Source of the DNA: Mobula hypostoma
Taxonomy: Eukaryota
DNA: 64,000 nt
Direction: 5' to 3'
NCBI RefSeq assembly: GCF_963921235.1
Contig: NC_086119.1
Span: forward strand, 21,266,001 to 21,330,000
The stretch's first letter is position 1; the number at the start of each line of letters is the position of its first letter. The notes below the pieces were generated by a model. The model ran no database searches. It worked only from the letters and a program-made list of their open reading frames with translations, and had not been told where the DNA came from. Made by a program: the position numbers and the translations under genes. This document shows positions 61,752 to 64,000 of this stretch, one piece after another.

Positions 61752-62030
61752 TATAGAGGGGCATCTATTTAAAACAGAGGTGCGGAGAAATTTCTTTAGC
61801 CAGAGGATGGTAAACTTGTGGAATTTATTACCACAGGCAGCTGTGGAGCCCAGGTCATTGGGTGTATTTCAGGCAGAGTTTGATAGGTTCTTGATTGGAT
61901 ATAGTATCAAATGTTACAGGAGGAGTGAGGCTGAGGAGGGGCAAAAAAAGAGGATTAACCATGAGTGAATGGCGGAGCAGATTCAATAGGCCACATGACC
62001 TAATTCTGCTCCCAAGTCTTATGGTCTTAT
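61752..62030 (+). mobile_element. CR1 LINE 3' end
   Basis: RRNFFSQRMVNLWNLLPQAAVE; cctaattctgctcc...tcttatggtcttat. Confidence 0.85.
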
Positions 62031-62335
62031 TTATATTTAAAAAAACAACTTTGTCTTTTTTTTTAAGGGCACCAATAATCTCTGGTTAATGTTTCTTTTA
62101 AACTGTCAGGGATGTATACCAAGCGGTGGTAAAAAAAATTCCAGATTTTATACTTCACATACCCCTCAGTTATTATTAAATTACTGTATACTTTTGAATC
62201 TGCTGACAGTATTCATTTAATTGTATCTTGATCATTTGCAGAGAGGTTAAATCCAAATTACTGTTAGACCCACCATTTTGTTTCTTCTCAAGATGTCATT
62301 CAGTATTACATTCCATCCAGTATCAAAGGGATGCT

Positions 62336-62596
62336 GCAGGAGCGTAGCTGTTAGCACGAAGTTATTAAAGCTTGGGGCGTTGGGATTCAGTGCTCTGTTC
62401 CAGCGCCATCTGTAAGGAGTTTGTACCTTTCCCCCCAGTGCTCCGGTTTCCTCCCACAGTCCAAAGGTATACCGGTCAGTCAGTCATTGTAAATTACCCT
62501 GCGATTAGTCTAGGGTTAAATGGGTAGGTTGCTGGGTGGCATGGCTCATTAGACCGAAAGGGTCTATTCTGTGCTGTCTCTCTAAATAAAAATAAA
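62336..62596 (+). mobile_element. V-SINE (HE1-like)
   Basis: Colinear with 3101-3397. Confidence 0.8.
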
Positions 62597-62819
62597 TATT
62601 ATCTCAAAAGGATTTATACAAATTGTGATGGAGAGATATGGGACAGAAATAGATCCACCGAGTCTGCACCAAAATTCAGCACTCATTTTTACACAGATCC
62701 TTCACACATTCCTATCAATTAACCTTAGATTCCATCACTCTCCTACACAGTAGGGGAACATTCTGTAGCCAATTAACCCTTAGATTCCACCAAAGGTTCA
62801 ATTATTATCAAAATATATG

Positions 62820-63355
62820 TATCAAATACAGAATAGCAATGGCGAAAGAAGCTTTCCAAAAAATGAAGACCATATTAACAGACAGAAAGATGAGCACGTA
62901 CACTAAAAACAGAATACTGCAGTGCTATATTTATTCTATCCTGACTTATGGAAGTGAATGCTGGACTATTTCTCCAGCAATGGAAAAGAGACTAGAAGCA
63001 GCTGAATTATGGTTCTACAGGAGAATGTTAAAAATATCATGGACCACACACACATCAAATGAAGAAGTTCTCAGAAGAGCCCAAGCAGTTAGATCACTCT
63101 TACCAACAATAAGAGAAAGACAACTCAGATCCCTAGGACACATCATGCAGAAAGATGAACTAGAAAAACTCATACTCTCTGGAAAGATTGAGGGGAGCAA
63201 ACCTAGAGGAAGACCTCGGCTTATGTACATCAAAAGCATAGCCAGGTGGCTACACATCGAGGTAATGGAAGTCATCCAAAAAACGAAGGATAGATCTATA
63301 TGGAAAACCATGGTCACCAAAGTCTGCATCGGATATGGTACCTAGACAGACAGAC
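62820..63355 (+). mobile_element. RTE-clade LINE 3' fragment with intact C-terminal ORF (62839-63345)
   Basis: ILTYGSECWT...LEAAELWFYRRML.ISW....SNEEVL...LGHIM...GKIEG..PRGRPR. Stop is followed directly by (AGAC)n; TSD ATATATG at 62813-62819 and 63356-63362. Confidence 0.92.
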
Positions 63356-63689
63356 ATATATGCGATATACAACTCCAAGATTCATCTTCTCCAGATAGCC
63401 ACGAAACAAAGAAAGCCATGGAAATTGTTCACAGAGAAACATCAAACCCCATCCATGCTCAAAAAAAACCTTACAAGTCGCCCCAAATTTTAATCGCAAT
63501 GGCAACAAGTGCATCAAAACACCCCTCCCCAGATCAGCGAACTGCATTTCTAAATGACAAGAAGCGAAGACTGAGTGTCTTCATAATCTAAAGAACATCA
63601 AACCCCAACCCCAAATTAAACTGATCAGACAGCAACAAAAAAGAACAAACACGCTCTGACATAGTAGTGGAATATGCAGTAGCAAATTA

Positions 63690-63905
63690 ACACTTAGATT
63701 CCTACACAGTAGGGGAATATCGAGTATCAATTAAGCTAGGAACTCACATGCCATTAGGATGCGAGAGGAAACTGGAGCTCCTGAGGGTGAACCCTCAGGG
63801 TCACAGGGAAAATGTGGCAACTTCACACAGACAGCACCAGAAGTTCGCATCAAGCCTAGTTTCACTGGAGCATTGAGACAACGCCCTGCTTGCTACACTG
63901 CTGTG
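63690..63905 (-). mobile_element. V-SINE (partner fragment at ~62628-62779)
   Basis: gaggaaactggagctcctgagg...ggtcacagggaaaatgtggcaacttcacacagacagcacc. Confidence 0.7.
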
Positions 63906-64000
63906 TGACCAATGTACTTTATATGAAAGCCCAGGTCACCCTGTTGTTGCAATATTTTAACTTTCACAAGACTACTTTGTCGGAGGGATTGATCTACTCA

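Overview
This is AT-rich, repeat-dense vertebrate genomic DNA. The repeat mix (HE1/V-SINEs, SacSINE1-like DeuSINEs, CR1, Rex1/Babar, Penelope-like elements) points to a cartilaginous fish, probably a ray; that is an inference. I could not support any host protein-coding exon, tRNA, rRNA or CRISPR array. Every recognisable protein ORF is a transposable-element fragment: CR1 RT, Rex1/Babar RT, RTE C-terminus, L1 zinc knuckle, Penelope GIY-YIG tail, Tc1 HTH, hAT/Charlie dimerisation domain and a Gypsy pol relic. The window is most likely a large intron or gene desert containing islands of unique, enhancer-like sequence. The most structured signal is about 20 copies of a Penelope-like pseudo-LTR carrying a minimal type-I hammerhead ribozyme motif (CAGTC-CTGATGA-AGGG..CCC-GAAACGTC-GACTG). 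Seven insertions are bounded by 11-14 bp target-site duplications and consist of two oppositely oriented arms. One arm has the full 3' end, the other starts a few tens of nt internal to it, and the short copies are joined at or near the ribozyme. A second, unrelated hammerhead family, several nested insertions and a covarying 3' stem-loop are also visible. Boundaries not fixed by a TSD or TIR are approximate (+/- tens of nt), and family names come from recognition rather than a database search.
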